The notes under the pieces were generated by a model. That model was not told the origin of the DNA and did no database searches. It saw nothing but the letters and a program-made list of their open reading frames with translations. The position numbers and the translations under genes were made by a program. A DNA stretch of 64,000 nucleotides. It comes from an uncultured Pseudomonadota bacterium (GTDB taxonomy: Bacteria > Pseudomonadota > Alphaproteobacteria > JACZXZ01). Shown here piece after piece: positions 29,212 to 39,762 of the stretch; position 1 is the stretch's first letter, and the number at the start of each line of letters is the position of its first letter. Location of the stretch: contig CAVVLJ010000020.1 of NCBI GenBank assembly GCA_963749075.1, forward strand, positions 384,001 through 448,000, given 5' to 3'.

Positions 29212-30015
29212 TCACGCGAAGTAGCAGGAGACCGAGCCGAAGGGGCCGTAATCCGCGTGGATCGTATCGCCCTTCTTCACGTCGATCGGCCTGATGAAGG
29301 AGCCGCTCAGGACGACTTGGCCGGGCTCGAGGGCCAAACCGTGGAGTGCGAGCTTGTTGGCGAGCCAGGCGATGCCGTTGGCCGGATGGTTGAGCACCGC
29401 CGCCGCGACCCCGGTCTCCTCGATCTGGCCGTTCTTCGCGCAGAGGCCGCCGATCCAGCGCAAATCCGTCTCGAGCGGCTTGAAGGGCCGCCCGCCCACC
29501 ACGATGCCGGCGTCGCTCGCGTTGTCGGCGATGCCGTCCGTGATCTTGCGCGTGGCCTTGCTCTCGCGGTCGACGCGCTCGATGCGCGCGTCGAGTATCT
29601 CGAGCGCCGGCACCACGTAGTCCGTGGCGTTGAGCGCATCGAAGATCGTGGCGCCGGGGCCGGAGAGCCGCCGCGCCAGCACGAAGGCGAGCTCCATCTC
29701 GATCTTGGGCTGGATGAAGCGCTCGGTCGGGATGTTCGAGCCGTCATGGAAGAACATGTCGTCGAGGAGGAAGCCGTAGTCCGGCTCGTCGATGTTCACG
29801 GTGCGCTGCATGACCTTGGAGGTGAGGCCGATCTTGCGCCCCTTGACGGTGCGCCCGCGCGAGAGCTTGAGCTGCAGCCAGGCGTGCTGGATGGCGTAGG
29901 CGTCCTCGATGGTCATGGCCGGATGCTCGCGGGTGAGCTGGCGCATGAAGGTGCGCGTGCGCTCGGCCTCCTCGAGGCGGGCGACCGCGGCCTCGATGCT
30001 CGTCTTGTCCAACAT
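29212..30015 (-). CDS. hpaH: 2-oxo-hept-4-ene-1,7-dioate hydratase
   Basis: GRKIGLTSK, IDEPDYG, EMELAF, DNA, VLNHPANG, LSGSF. Confidence 0.85.
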   Translation of the reverse strand: MLDKTSIEAAVARLEEAERTRTFMRQLTREHPAMTIEDAYAIQHAWLQLKLSRGRTVKGRKIGLTSKVMQRTVNIDEPDYGFLLDDMFFHDGSNIPTERFIQPKIEMELAFVLARRLSGPGATIFDALNATDYVVPALEILDARIERVDRESKATRKITDGIADNASDAGIVVGGRPFKPLETDLRWIGGLCAKNGQIEETGVAAAVLNHPANGIAWLANKLALHGLALEPGQVVLSGSFIRPIDVKKGDTIHADYGPFGSVSCYFA

Positions 30016-30078
30016 CGTCTTGCCTCCCTCGGATGATTTCTCTCGACGGTGCGCGTCGGACGCCGCCCGGGCGGGGTG

Positions 30079-30843
30079 TTATGCCAGCGCCACCAGGAAG
30101 AGGCGGCGGAAGGGATAGAGCGTGCGGCCGTCGGCCTCGGGCGGGTAGGCCTTGAGCACGCGCTCGCGGTACTGCGCCTCGAAGGCGCTGCGTGCCGGCT
30201 CCTCGAGTGCCGCGAGGAAGGGGCTCAACGCCGTGCCCTTCGTCCATTCGACCACCGGGTTCTCGCCGCTCAGGACCTGGAGATAGTCGATGTCCCAGAT
30301 GTTGAGGCCCTTGGCGAGGGGGGCTAGGAGGCGGTGATAGAACTGAGGGGGCGCCACGCGCGCGCTGCGCACCAGGGGCTCGAGGTGCTGGCGCCAGGGT
30401 CCTGCCGCCACCGTCTCGCGGATGGCGACGTGGGAGGGGCTGTCGTCGTTGCGCGGTACCTGCACGGCGAGTGCGCCGCCCGGCGCCACCTGTGAGAGGA
30501 GCCTCGGATAGAGCCTCTCGTGATCGTCGAGCCACTGCAGCGCCGCGTTGGTGAAGACGAGGTTGACGGGCTCCTCGGCGCGCCAGCTCGCGATGTCGCC
30601 TTGGCGCCACTCGAGCGCCGGATAGTCCTTCCGCGCTCGCTCGAGCATCTCGGCCGCGTTGTCGATGCCGATGACGTGCGCGCCCGGCCAGCGCTCCGCG
30701 AGCAGTTTGGTCACGTTGCCGGGGCCGCAGCCGAGATCGACGATGCGCCGCGGTGCCGCGAGCGGCACGCGCGCCATGAGGTCTAGCGCCGGCCGCAGCC
30801 GGTGATCGCCGAAGGCGAGGTAGAGGTCGGGGTTCCAGCTCAT
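30079..30843 (-). CDS. tam: Trans-aconitate 2-methyltransferase
   Basis: MSWNPDLYL, RPALDL, DLGCGPGN, NAALQW, PFRRLF. Confidence 0.9.
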   Translation of the reverse strand: MSWNPDLYLAFGDHRLRPALDLMARVPLAAPRRIVDLGCGPGNVTKLLAERWPGAHVIGIDNAAEMLERARKDYPALEWRQGDIASWRAEEPVNLVFTNAALQWLDDHERLYPRLLSQVAPGGALAVQVPRNDDSPSHVAIRETVAAGPWRQHLEPLVRSARVAPPQFYHRLLAPLAKGLNIWDIDYLQVLSGENPVVEWTKGTALSPFLAALEEPARSAFEAQYRERVLKAYPPEADGRTLYPFRRLFLVALA

Positions 30844-31002
30844 GGGGCGGTCTCGGGCGAAGGGTCGCGGCGATGGCGCAACGATAATGCCGCGGCTAAT
30901 CTAGCGGACGGAGAACCCCGCGCATAGCGGTGCACGTGGTGCCGGCGTCCAAACCCACGTCGGCGCCGCCCGGCGGCCGCGGCGCTTGACGGTCGGCTGG
31001 GC

Positions 31003-31022
31003 TGTGCATACATTGATGCACA
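31003..31022. promoter_or_regulatory. Palindromic operator upstream of brnT-brnA
   Basis: TGTGCAT-N6-ATGCACA, just downstream of TTGACG at 30986. Confidence 0.55.
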
Positions 31023-31082
31023 TCGTGTGTACAGAACCGCGGGCCGGGCCGGTGCGTGGCGGGACGAAGGACGTTTTTCCCG

Positions 31083-31379
31083 ATGGAGCCCGACAGGTTC
31101 GAGTGGGATGAAGCAAAGCGTCGCTTCAATCTCGAGAAGCACGGCGTCGACTTTGCAACGGCCAAACGGGTCTTTTCGTGCCCACGTCTCGAGCAAATCG
31201 ATGCGCGCCGGGATTATGGCGAGCAGAGGATCATCTCTATCGGCACGGTCTTCGGGCTTGAACTCGTCATCGTCTGCACCTTGCGCGGCAATGTGTGTCG
31301 CCTGATCTCAGCGAGAAGAGCGAATGAGCGCGAGAGACAAGCGTATCGTCAGACGTTCCCGGATATCGGCCGCGCGTGA
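31083..31379 (+). CDS. brnT: BrnT family toxin
   Basis: FEWDEAK..NLEKHGVDF, DYGEQR, RLISARRAN. Confidence 0.9.
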   Translation: MEPDRFEWDEAKRRFNLEKHGVDFATAKRVFSCPRLEQIDARRDYGEQRIISIGTVFGLELVIVCTLRGNVCRLISARRANERERQAYRQTFPDIGRA

Positions 31380-31644
31380 CCGCACCGATTGGAAGCGTCT
31401 CAAGGCGCTCACCGACAGGGAGATCCAGCGGGCCGTTGCCGAGGATCCCGACGCGGCACCGCTCCTCGATGCCGATTGGTTCAAGAGTGCCAGGCACGTC
31501 AGTCCGCCCGAGAAGGGCCGCATCACGATTCGCCTCGACAAGGACATTCTCAGCTTCTTTCGCACGTTGGGCCCGCGGTATCAGACGCGCATCAATACGG
31601 TTCTGCGCGCCTACGTCGAGCACGTCCAGCGGGCTCGCAAATAG
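31324..31644 (+). CDS. brnA: BrnA family antitoxin
   Basis: ITIRLDKDILSFF, YQTRINTVLR ribbon-helix-helix; overlaps brnT. Confidence 0.9.
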   Translation: MSARDKRIVRRSRISAARDRTDWKRLKALTDREIQRAVAEDPDAAPLLDADWFKSARHVSPPEKGRITIRLDKDILSFFRTLGPRYQTRINTVLRAYVEHVQRARK

Positions 31645-31651
31645 ACTTGGA

Positions 31652-32668
31652 CTGACAATACGCACGATCCTCATCCTCCGCCCAGGCGCCCTCGGCGACG
31701 CGCTTCTGACCCTGCCGCTCGTGGAGGCGCTCGCCGCGCGCGGGGCGGCGCGCATCCTTCTCCTCGGCACGCCGGGCTCGTGGCGCTTCCTGCGCGTCCC
31801 TTCGCCGCCGCTCGAGGTTCTCGACATGGGCGGGCGGGAGTGGCTCGGCCTCTTCGCCGGAGACGCCGAGCTCGGCGTCCGCGCCCGCGCGCTGCTTGCC
31901 GGGGTCGACGCGGCCCTCGTCCTCGCGGGCGCCCACCGCGCGGCGCTCGAGGCGGGATTGCGCGCCGCGGGCGTGCCGCAGGTCCGTGGCGCTCGACCGG
32001 CGGCACTCGGGGAGGCGGCGGATGGCGAGGACTGGCCGGCGAGCGAGGCGGTCTCAGCGCCATGGCCGCCTGGCCCGGCCCATGCGGCAGCCCGCCTCAT
32101 GGCGCCGCTCGAAGCATTGGGCGGCTGGCCGGCCGCAGCTTTGCCCCTCCCCGAGCATCCGCTCCTTCGCCTCGACCGGGTGGAGGCCGCGGCGGCCCTG
32201 GCGTCGGTCGGCCTCGCAGCGCCGCCCGAGGGCGGCATTCTCGCCCTTCATCCGGGCAGCGGCGGGGCCGCCAAATGCTGGCCCGCCCCGCATTTCGCGG
32301 CACTCGCCGCGGCAGCCGCGAAGCGCTTCGGCGTGATGCCGGTCTTCCTCGTGGGACCGGCGGACGCGGAGGCTTGGCAGGCGGTCGAGCGCGCGCTGCC
32401 GCGCGGGTTCCCGGCGCGTTCGCTCGTTGGGCGGCCGCTCCGCGAGGTGCTGGCGCTGCTCTCGCTCGCCCGCGCTTACGTCGGCAACGACTCCGGCATC
32501 AGCCATCTCGCCGCGCGCGCTTGCCCGACGCTCGCCCTCTTCGGGCCGAGCGACCCGCGCGTGTGGCATCCGCTGGGCCTGCGCGTCCGCGTGCTCAAGG
32601 CGCCCGGGGGCGATCTCGCGCGGCTTTCGGTCGAGGCGGCGCTCGCGGGGCTCGCCCGGCTCCTCTGA
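31652..32668 (+). CDS. Glycosyltransferase family 9 (heptosyltransferase-like)
   Basis: ILRPGALGD, LHPGSG..KCWP, GNDSGISHLA, LFGPSDP; no clear start codon, coordinate approximate. Confidence 0.8.
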   Translation: MTIRTILILRPGALGDALLTLPLVEALAARGAARILLLGTPGSWRFLRVPSPPLEVLDMGGREWLGLFAGDAELGVRARALLAGVDAALVLAGAHRAALEAGLRAAGVPQVRGARPAALGEAADGEDWPASEAVSAPWPPGPAHAAARLMAPLEALGGWPAAALPLPEHPLLRLDRVEAAAALASVGLAAPPEGGILALHPGSGGAAKCWPAPHFAALAAAAAKRFGVMPVFLVGPADAEAWQAVERALPRGFPARSLVGRPLREVLALLSLARAYVGNDSGISHLAARACPTLALFGPSDPRVWHPLGLRVRVLKAPGGDLARLSVEAALAGLARLL

Positions 32669-32671
32669 GCC

Positions 32672-33973
32672 CTATCCCATGGTGCGCGGCAGCCAGGTGG
32701 CGAGGAGCGGGAAGGCAATGAGGATCACCAGGCGGATGAGATCGGTCACGATGAAGGGCAGCACGCCCAGGAAGATCGTCGAGAAGCTCACGTCCGGCAC
32801 CACGCTCTTGATGACGAAGACGTTCATGCCCACGGGCGGATGGATGAGGCCGAGCTCCACCGTCATGACGATGATGACGCCGAACCACACGGGATCGAAG
32901 CCGAGTGCCGTGATGACGGGGAAGATGATCGGGATGGTGAGGATGATCATCGCCATGGCGTCCATCAGGCAGCCGAGTGCGAGATACATGAGCATGATGA
33001 GCGCCAGCACGCCGTAGCGGCCGAGCCCGAGCCCCGTCAAGAAGGCGGTGACGTTCTGGGGAGTCTGCGTGATGGTGAGGAAATAGCCGAAGAGGAGGGC
33101 GCCGATCAGGATGGTGAAGACCGCGGCCGCGGTGCGCGTGGCCTGGAGGAGCGAGCGCAGGATGTCGGCCGGCGAGAGCCGCCCGCGCGCGATGCCGATG
33201 AGGAAGGCGCCGCCGGCCCCCATGCCGCCGGCCTCGGTCGGCGTGAAGAGGCCGCCGTAGAGGCCGCCGATGACGAAGACGAAGAGGAGGAGCGGCGCCC
33301 AGATGTTGCGCAGCGCCAGCGCGCGCTCGCGCCAGGGGCTCCGCGGTCCGGCCGGCAGGAAGCCCGGCCGCAGCGCGCCGATGCCGAGGATGGTGACGAT
33401 GTACATGGTGACCGCGAGGAGGCCGGGAACGATGCCGGCGATGAAGAGCTTGCCGATGTCCTGCTCGGTGATGATGCCGTAGACGGCGAGCACGGTGGAC
33501 GGCGGGAAGATGGCGCCGAGCGTGCCGCCGGCCGCGATGACGCCGGTCGAGAAGGACTGCGGATAGCCGTAGCGCCGCATCTCGGGATAGGCCACGGTCG
33601 AGAAGGTGGCGGCGGTCGCCACCGACGAGCCGGAGATGGCGGCGAACGAGCCGCAGGCGGCGATGGTGGCGATGCCGAGGCCGCCGCGCAGGTGGCCTAC
33701 GAAGCTGTTGGCCGCCCTGAAGAGCTCGCGGCTCATGCCCGAGGTCGAGACGAACGACCCCATGAGGAGGAACATGGGGATGACGCCGAAGGTGTAGTCG
33801 GTGACCGTGCGCATCGAGGTCTGGCCGACCAGCTTGAGCGCCGGCTCGGCGCCGACGAGATAGCCGAAGCCGCCAACACCCACCAGCCCGAGCGCCATGC
33901 CGACCGGCACGCGCAGCAGCATGAGCGCGAAGAGCACGGCGAACCCCGCGACGGCGACCAAGTCCGTGCTCAT
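32672..33973 (-). CDS. TRAP transporter large permease (DctM-like)
   Basis: IPMFLLMG, SGSSVAT, GTLGAIFPPS, HPPVGMN. Confidence 0.92.
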   Translation of the reverse strand: MSTDLVAVAGFAVLFALMLLRVPVGMALGLVGVGGFGYLVGAEPALKLVGQTSMRTVTDYTFGVIPMFLLMGSFVSTSGMSRELFRAANSFVGHLRGGLGIATIAACGSFAAISGSSVATAATFSTVAYPEMRRYGYPQSFSTGVIAAGGTLGAIFPPSTVLAVYGIITEQDIGKLFIAGIVPGLLAVTMYIVTILGIGALRPGFLPAGPRSPWRERALALRNIWAPLLLFVFVIGGLYGGLFTPTEAGGMGAGGAFLIGIARGRLSPADILRSLLQATRTAAAVFTILIGALLFGYFLTITQTPQNVTAFLTGLGLGRYGVLALIMLMYLALGCLMDAMAMIILTIPIIFPVITALGFDPVWFGVIIVMTVELGLIHPPVGMNVFVIKSVVPDVSFSTIFLGVLPFIVTDLIRLVILIAFPLLATWLPRTMG

Positions 33974-33983
33974 CGCTTGAGGC

Positions 33984-34496
33984 TCACTCGACCGCCTTGG
34001 TCTGCTGGCGCGCATCCATCAGCTCGGGCCGGAAGATCAGGCGGTAGGTGCGCACGGCGATCAGCAGCACCGCCGAGACGTCGCCCACCCAGGCGACCGC
34101 GAAGAAGGGCCAGGTCGGCAGATTGAGATCGAAGGTGAGCACGTGGTCGGCGCGGGTGGTGCGCACCTTGTCGAAGAGGGTGTAGGTATGGACCGTCACC
34201 ACGAAGAGGAGCACGAGGGTCGCGAAGACGTCGATGGCGCGCTGGAGGCGCGGGCCGGCGTTCGCCCACACGAGGTCGACCGTGATGTGGGTGCCGCGGT
34301 AGCTCGTCGCCGCGATACCCCAGAAGATGAGGATGCCGAGGAGGAGGCGCCCGATGTCGTAGCTGTCGGGAATCGACAGGCTGAAGAAATAGCGCAGCAG
34401 CACCGAGACGAAGATGTCGGCCGCGACGATGCCGACGAAGGCCGCGGCGATGAGCTCGATCGAGTCGATGAAGCGGTCCATGTGGCGGCGCTTCAT
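33984..34496 (-). CDS. TRAP transporter small permease (DctQ-like)
   Basis: VLLRYFF, HITVDL, four TM segments, operon position. Confidence 0.88.
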   Translation of the reverse strand: MKRRHMDRFIDSIELIAAAFVGIVAADIFVSVLLRYFFSLSIPDSYDIGRLLLGILIFWGIAATSYRGTHITVDLVWANAGPRLQRAIDVFATLVLLFVVTVHTYTLFDKVRTTRADHVLTFDLNLPTWPFFAVAWVGDVSAVLLIAVRTYRLIFRPELMDARQQTKAVE

Positions 34497-34568
34497 GGCA
34501 GCACTTCCCCGGCCGGCTCCCAGGGGCCGGCCGCCCGGCCGGTCAGGCGCCGGCGCCGGCATGCCGCA

Positions 34569-35591
34569 TCAATAGGCCGCCTTGTATTTGACGAGCTCGG
34601 CCTTGAGCTCGGCCATCGCGGCGTCGGGGTCGACGCCCACCTTGCGCACGTTGGCGGCCCACTTGGCCTCGAGCGGTGCGGCGGCCTGGCGCCAGAGGGC
34701 GAGCTCAGCGGCGGTGAGCGAATAGACCTCGTGGCCGGGCTCGCTCTTCAGCTTGGCGATGCCGGCGTGCTCGAAATCGGCCCAGGGTGCCGCGATCTTC
34801 TCGGCCCATGCGGTATTGCAATGGTGATCGATCACCGTCTGTTGCCGGGGCGACATGCCGCCGTACTTGGCCTTGTTCATGACGAGTACGAAGGTGGTGA
34901 CGTAGAGCGGCACGTCCATGTGGTACTTGGTCACCTTGTCGATGCCGAAGAGGATGATCGAGCCCCACGGGAAGGTCACCGCGTCGGCGACGCCCTTCTC
35001 GAGGATGTCGCGCACCTCGGGTGCCGCCGCCTGCACGTTGGTGCCGCCAAGCAAGGTCACGAATTCGGCCATGGTCGCCTGCGCCGGGCGCACCTTCATG
35101 CCCTTGATGTCCGCCGGCACCACGATCTTCTTGCGCGAGTGGAAGGTGCCCGGGTCGTGCACGAAGGCGAGACAGAACTTCACGTCCTTCATCTCGCTCG
35201 GGGCGTATTTGCGGTACCACTCGTCGAGCGCCTCCGTGCCGCCCTTGGCGTCGCTCATGAGGAACGGCAGCTCGCCGGCCGCGATGATGGGGAAGCGGCC
35301 GGGCTGATAGCCGGGGTTCACGTAGGTGAGGTCGGCGATGCCGTCGCGCGCCATGTCGTAATGGTCGAAGGCCTTGCCGAGCTGCTGGGAAGGAAAGATG
35401 GTGGACTTGATCGTCCCCTTCGACTCCTCCTCGACCGACTTGGCCCAGGCCTCGAGCGCCGGCTGCAAGGGATGGGACGGCGGCACCCAGTGGGAGATCT
35501 TGAGCTCGACGGTCTTCTCCTGCGCATGGGCAGGCGCCACGGCCGCGGCGGCAAGCGCTGCCGAGAGCGCTATGAGTATGGCTTTCATCAC
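34569..35591 (-). CDS. TRAP substrate-binding protein (DctP-like, possibly aromatic acids)
   Basis: SHWVPPSHP, QQLGKAFDHYDMARDG, GYQPGRFP, KGMKVR. Confidence 0.9.
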   Translation of the reverse strand: MMKAILIALSAALAAAAVAPAHAQEKTVELKISHWVPPSHPLQPALEAWAKSVEEESKGTIKSTIFPSQQLGKAFDHYDMARDGIADLTYVNPGYQPGRFPIIAAGELPFLMSDAKGGTEALDEWYRKYAPSEMKDVKFCLAFVHDPGTFHSRKKIVVPADIKGMKVRPAQATMAEFVTLLGGTNVQAAAPEVRDILEKGVADAVTFPWGSIILFGIDKVTKYHMDVPLYVTTFVLVMNKAKYGGMSPRQQTVIDHHCNTAWAEKIAAPWADFEHAGIAKLKSEPGHEVYSLTAAELALWRQAAAPLEAKWAANVRKVGVDPDAAMAELKAELVKYKAAY

Positions 35592-35712
35592 ACCTCCCTC
35601 ATGGGCGCTCTCGCGGCGCCCTCGATGTTCGCTCCCGGACTGTAAGGCGGCCGGGCCGCCCGCGACAACAGAGAAGTGCGGGTTTGCACGCGCCTCGGAC
35701 GCGCGTGAGCGC

Positions 35713-36465
35713 CTAAAGGATCTGCGAGAGGAACTCGCGCGTGCGCGCCTCGCGCGGGTTGGCGAAGAACTCCTTGGGCGGCCCGTGCTCGACGATGATG
35801 CCGTGGTCGGTGAAGTACATGTGATCGGCGACCTCGCGCGCGAAGCCCATCTCGTGGGTGACGAGGATGCAGGTCATGCCCTCCTCGGCGAGCTCGCGGA
35901 TGGCGACCAGGACCTCCTTGACCGTCTCCGGGTCGAGCGCTGCCGTCACCTCGTCGAAGAGCATGATCTCCGGCCGCATGGCGAGGCCGCGCGCGATGGC
36001 GACGCGCTGCTGCTGCCCGCCCGAGAGCTCGCCGGGATAGGAGCCCTCCTTGCCCTCGAGCCGCACCTTCTTGAGGAGCTTGCGCGCGCGCTCCTCGACC
36101 TCGCGCTTGTCCTCCTTGAGCACGTGCACCGGCGCCATCATCACGTTCTCGAGCGCCGTCTTGTGCGGGAAGAGGTTGTACTGCTGGAAGACCATGGCGA
36201 CCTCGCGGCGCAGCTGGAGCAGCTCCTTGTCCTTGCGCATCAGGTGCACCTGGTAGTCGGCCACGCGGATCTCGCCGCGGTCGACCATGACGAGGGCGTT
36301 GATGCAGCGCAGCAGCGTCGATTTGCCCGAGCCCGAGGGGCCGATGATGCACACCACCTCGCCCTTCTCTACGTCGAGCGAGACGCCCTTCAGCACCTCG
36401 ACCGTGCCGAACGACTTGTGCACCTCGTGGATGCTGACGATGGGCCGCCCGTCCGTTTGTGCCAT
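35713..36465 (-). CDS. Polar amino acid ABC ATPase
   Basis: GPSGSGKS, LSGGQQQRVAIAR, FDEVTAALDPE. Confidence 0.93.
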   Translation of the reverse strand: MAQTDGRPIVSIHEVHKSFGTVEVLKGVSLDVEKGEVVCIIGPSGSGKSTLLRCINALVMVDRGEIRVADYQVHLMRKDKELLQLRREVAMVFQQYNLFPHKTALENVMMAPVHVLKEDKREVEERARKLLKKVRLEGKEGSYPGELSGGQQQRVAIARGLAMRPEIMLFDEVTAALDPETVKEVLVAIRELAEEGMTCILVTHEMGFAREVADHMYFTDHGIIVEHGPPKEFFANPREARTREFLSQIL

Positions 36466-36489
36466 GGCAATCGACCTCGGATGTTGCCC

Positions 36490-37382
36490 TCAGATATTGA
36501 CCGCGAAGCGGCGCTCGAGGCGCACCGTCCAGCGCGCGATCGGGTAGCAGTAGAGGAAGAACCAGACGAGGATGTAGCTGTAGAACGGCAGCAGGAGCTC
36601 GGGGCGGTTCTCGGCCGAGAGCGCGTCGCCGGTGAGCGTCATGACCTCGTTCACGCCGACGATCGAGGCGAGCACGGTCGACATGGTGAGGATCGAGTAG
36701 AGGTTCATCCACGGCGGCAGCATGCGTTTCACGCACTGCGGCAGGATGATGCGCCACATGGTCTGGCGCCGCGTGAAGGCGAGGGAGTTGGCGCTTTCCC
36801 ACTGCCCGGTCGGGATCGACTGCACGGCGCCGCGCACGATCTCCGAGACGTTGGCCATCACCGGCAGCGCCAGCCCGAAGGTCGCCTTGATCCAGTCGGG
36901 CAGCGGCACCGCCACGCCCAGGATGTGCACCTGGAAGGGCAGCAGGAACATGCAATAGAAGAGCAGCACCAGCCACGGCGCGTTGCGGAAGAAATGGGTG
37001 GTGAAGGTGGCCGCCTTGCGCACCGGCGGCAGGAGGAGATCTGCGCCAGGCCGAGCACGGTGCCGGCCGCGGTGCCGGTCGCCATGGCGAAGAAGCTGAT
37101 GGCGATGTTGAAGGCGAAGCCCTTGAGGAGAAGCGGCGTCCATCTGAGGAGTGCCGCAACGACCGAGGCCTTGGCGGGCGCCGACTGCGCCTCGGCGGCA
37201 CCCGCCGCCAGGAGGAAGACGGCGAGGAGGAGCGCTCCGTGGCCGAGGGTGAGCCTGAGCATCGGGAAGCCGAGCGCGCGCTCGGCCGCGGCTCTCGCCG
37301 CGAAGCGCTCCGCCGAGGGCAGCAGCACCGCAAGATCGCTCCCTTGCGGGAGTGCGGCAAAGCGGGGGAGGCGCCGCGCCAT
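36490..37382 (-). CDS. Polar amino acid ABC permease, apparent frameshift near 37035
   Basis: N-half (LLKGFAFNIAIS..LGLAQIS) and C-half (FFRNAPWLV, SEIVRGAVQSIPTGQWES) in different frames. Confidence 0.8.
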
Positions 37383-38143
37383 CAGATCGCTCCCGCCACG
37401 GCGACGCCGACGCCGGGCACGCGCAGCGCGTGCTCCCAGCGGTGCATCACCAGCGCCAGCACGCCGACGAGCGCCACGTAGCAGATGAGGAGCACGTTCA
37501 TCATCTCCGGCACGTTGGCCTCGTCCGACCAGATCTGGCTCGACACCCACAGCATCTCCGGCACCGAGATGGCGTAGGCGAGGGTGGTCGTCTTGATCAG
37601 GTTGACGAGGTTGTTGTTGAGCGCCGGCAGGCTGACGCGGAAGGCGAGCGGCAGGATGATGTAGATGTAGGCGCCGAGCCGGCTGTAGCCGAGGGACTCG
37701 GCCGCCTCGATCGTGGCGCGCGGCACCGCCTCGATGCCGGAGCGGAAGATCTCCACGTTGAAGGAGCCGGCGTAGAAGGAGAGCGAGAAGATGGCCCAGG
37801 CGACGTTGCTGACGATGGGGTGCTCGATGCCGTTCGCCCCCGGCAGGCGCAGGAGCGCTCCGATGCCGAAATAGAAGAAATAGAGCTGCACCAGCGGCGG
37901 CGTGTTGCGGAAGAGCTGGATGTACCAGAGGACGACCATGCGCAGCAGCCTGAGCTTCGAGCCCTGCAGCCAGGCGCCGACCACGCCGATCGCGAGGCTC
38001 AGGATGATGCAGACGATCGAGAGCTCGATCGTCATCAGCATCCCCTCGGCGAAGCGGTGGCGGTCGAAGGGGTCGTAGAAGATCGTCAGGTTGATGTTGG
38101 TATTCTGGTGCAGCCAGGCAAACCAGTTCCAGAAGGCCTGCAT
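37382..38143 (-). CDS. Polar amino acid ABC permease
   Basis: FRNTPPLVQ, EIFRSGIEAVP..EAAESLG. Confidence 0.9.
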   Translation of the reverse strand: MQAFWNWFAWLHQNTNINLTIFYDPFDRHRFAEGMLMTIELSIVCIILSLAIGVVGAWLQGSKLRLLRMVVLWYIQLFRNTPPLVQLYFFYFGIGALLRLPGANGIEHPIVSNVAWAIFSLSFYAGSFNVEIFRSGIEAVPRATIEAAESLGYSRLGAYIYIILPLAFRVSLPALNNNLVNLIKTTTLAYAISVPEMLWVSSQIWSDEANVPEMMNVLLICYVALVGVLALVMHRWEHALRVPGVGVAVAGAI

Positions 38144-38185
38144 GGATCGCCCCCCTGCGGGCAAAGCTTCTTTGCCGCGGAGCCG

Positions 38186-38275
38186 TCCCTCACCCTTCCC
38201 ATCCCTGCGGGATGGGCCCCTTCCCTCTCCCGCAAGCGGGAGAGGGTGGCGAGCGCGAGCGAGCCGGGTGAGGGA
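38186..38275. repeat. Intergenic palindromic REP/RIME-like element, family B
   Basis: TCCCTCACCC...GGGTGAGGGA ends with CCCTCTCCCGCAAGCGGGAGAGGG hairpin; longer copy at 63282-63408. Confidence 0.8.
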
Positions 38276-38285
38276 GCGCTCTCCG

Positions 38286-39095
38286 TTACTTGTACTTCGC
38301 GTGCATGTCCTCGGCGAACTGCGAGTTCGGCACGCCCCACTTCTTCTCGAGCGTGAGGATGAAGCCGCTCTTGTGCCAGTCGATGATGGTGTCGTGCATG
38401 AACTTCGCGAAGGCGGTCTCGCCGAGCTTGGCGGCGAGGCCCCAAGGCTGCACCAGGATCGACTTGAGCGGCACCTCGTAATCCTTCCATTCGGGATCGA
38501 GGAGCTGGCCGTAGAGCGCCGTGTCGTCGTAGGCGACGCCCACGCAGTTGCCGTCCTTGAGTGCTGCATAGGCCTCGGTCGTGCCCTTGAAGGCGACCGG
38601 CTCGATGCCGTACTTCTCCTGCAGCTCCTTGTTGTAGAAGGAGCCCTGGATGAGGCACACGGGCTTGCCCTTGAGCTGGGTCCAGTCGGTGAGATGCGCC
38701 GACTTGGGCGTGAGGAGGTTGGTGCCCGAGGCGTAATAGTCCGGGTCGACGATGTCGACCACCTTGCGCCGCTCCGGCGTGTCGGTCATGGTGGCGATCA
38801 TCAGGTCGATCTTGCCCTGGTCGAGGAACTGCATGCGGTTCGAGGCCACGACCGGCACCAGCTCGAGCTTGACGCCGAGGCGCTTGGCCACGTCGGCGGC
38901 GAGATCGGGCTCGATGCCGACGATGTTGCCCGAGGGATCGCGGAAGCCGTAGGGCTTGTAGTCGGCCTTGGTGCCGACGATGAGGGTGCCGCGCTTCTTG
39001 ATGTCGTCGAGCGCGTCGGCCTTGGCGGCGGCGATGCCGAGCGTGAAGCTCGCAGCACATGCGAGGAAGAGGAGTTTCGTCGCTAGTCTGCTCAT
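38286..39095 (-). CDS. Polar amino acid ABC substrate-binding protein
   Basis: Signal peptide, IKKRGTLIVG, GIEPDLA, GKIDLMIATMTDTPER. Confidence 0.92.
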   Translation of the reverse strand: MSRLATKLLFLACAASFTLGIAAAKADALDDIKKRGTLIVGTKADYKPYGFRDPSGNIVGIEPDLAADVAKRLGVKLELVPVVASNRMQFLDQGKIDLMIATMTDTPERRKVVDIVDPDYYASGTNLLTPKSAHLTDWTQLKGKPVCLIQGSFYNKELQEKYGIEPVAFKGTTEAYAALKDGNCVGVAYDDTALYGQLLDPEWKDYEVPLKSILVQPWGLAAKLGETAFAKFMHDTIIDWHKSGFILTLEKKWGVPNSQFAEDMHAKYK

Positions 39096-39243
39096 CGGCT
39101 GTCTCCCATAGGTTCTTGTTCCGCCGCGGCGGACGAGCGGCCCGCCTCAGGCGGTCCCGGCCTCTAACCTAGCCCAAAGCGGCGGCGGACTCTAGGCGCC
39201 TTTCTGGCTTGGCGCCGCCGCGAAATTCCGGGCAAATCCCGCT

Positions 39244-39711
39244 TCAGCGAACATGAGCGTGATCGTGGTGATGGCTACCCGGCGTGCCGTGCGAATGCTT
39301 CTCCGAGGCGAGCTCCACCGGCACCATCACGAGCCGGCCGTGTTTCACGCCGCGCTCGGCGATCACGTGCTCGGCGAAGTGACGCACGGCGCCGACCTGC
39401 CCTTTCAGCACCGTGACCTCCATGCAGCTGTCGTGGTCGAGGTGCACGTGGAGGGTCGAGACGGACATGTCGTGGTGCTCGTGGAAGCTGTGCGTGAGGC
39501 GCTTCGGCAGCTCGCGCGTCGCGTGATCGTAGACATAGACCAGAGCCGCAACGCAGTGCCGCTCCGGCGTCGTCTCGGCTGACGCCTGCTGCAGCCCGGC
39601 GCGGGCGAGATCGCGGATCGCTTCCGAGCGGTTCTGATAGCCGCGTACGGCGATGAGCCGGTCGAGCTCCGCCATGAGCGCGTCGTCGATGGTGATGGTC
39701 ACGCGTTGCAT
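39244..39711 (-). CDS. nikR: Nickel-responsive transcriptional regulator
   Basis: [39 protein letters not shown]; His-rich tail. Confidence 0.95.
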   Translation of the reverse strand: MQRVTITIDDALMAELDRLIAVRGYQNRSEAIRDLARAGLQQASAETTPERHCVAALVYVYDHATRELPKRLTHSFHEHHDMSVSTLHVHLDHDSCMEVTVLKGQVGAVRHFAEHVIAERGVKHGRLVMVPVELASEKHSHGTPGSHHHDHAHVR

Positions 39712-39762
39712 GACAAATCCTCCGGGGCATGATCAACCCTCTGGCCCTCTGCCGTGGCGGTG

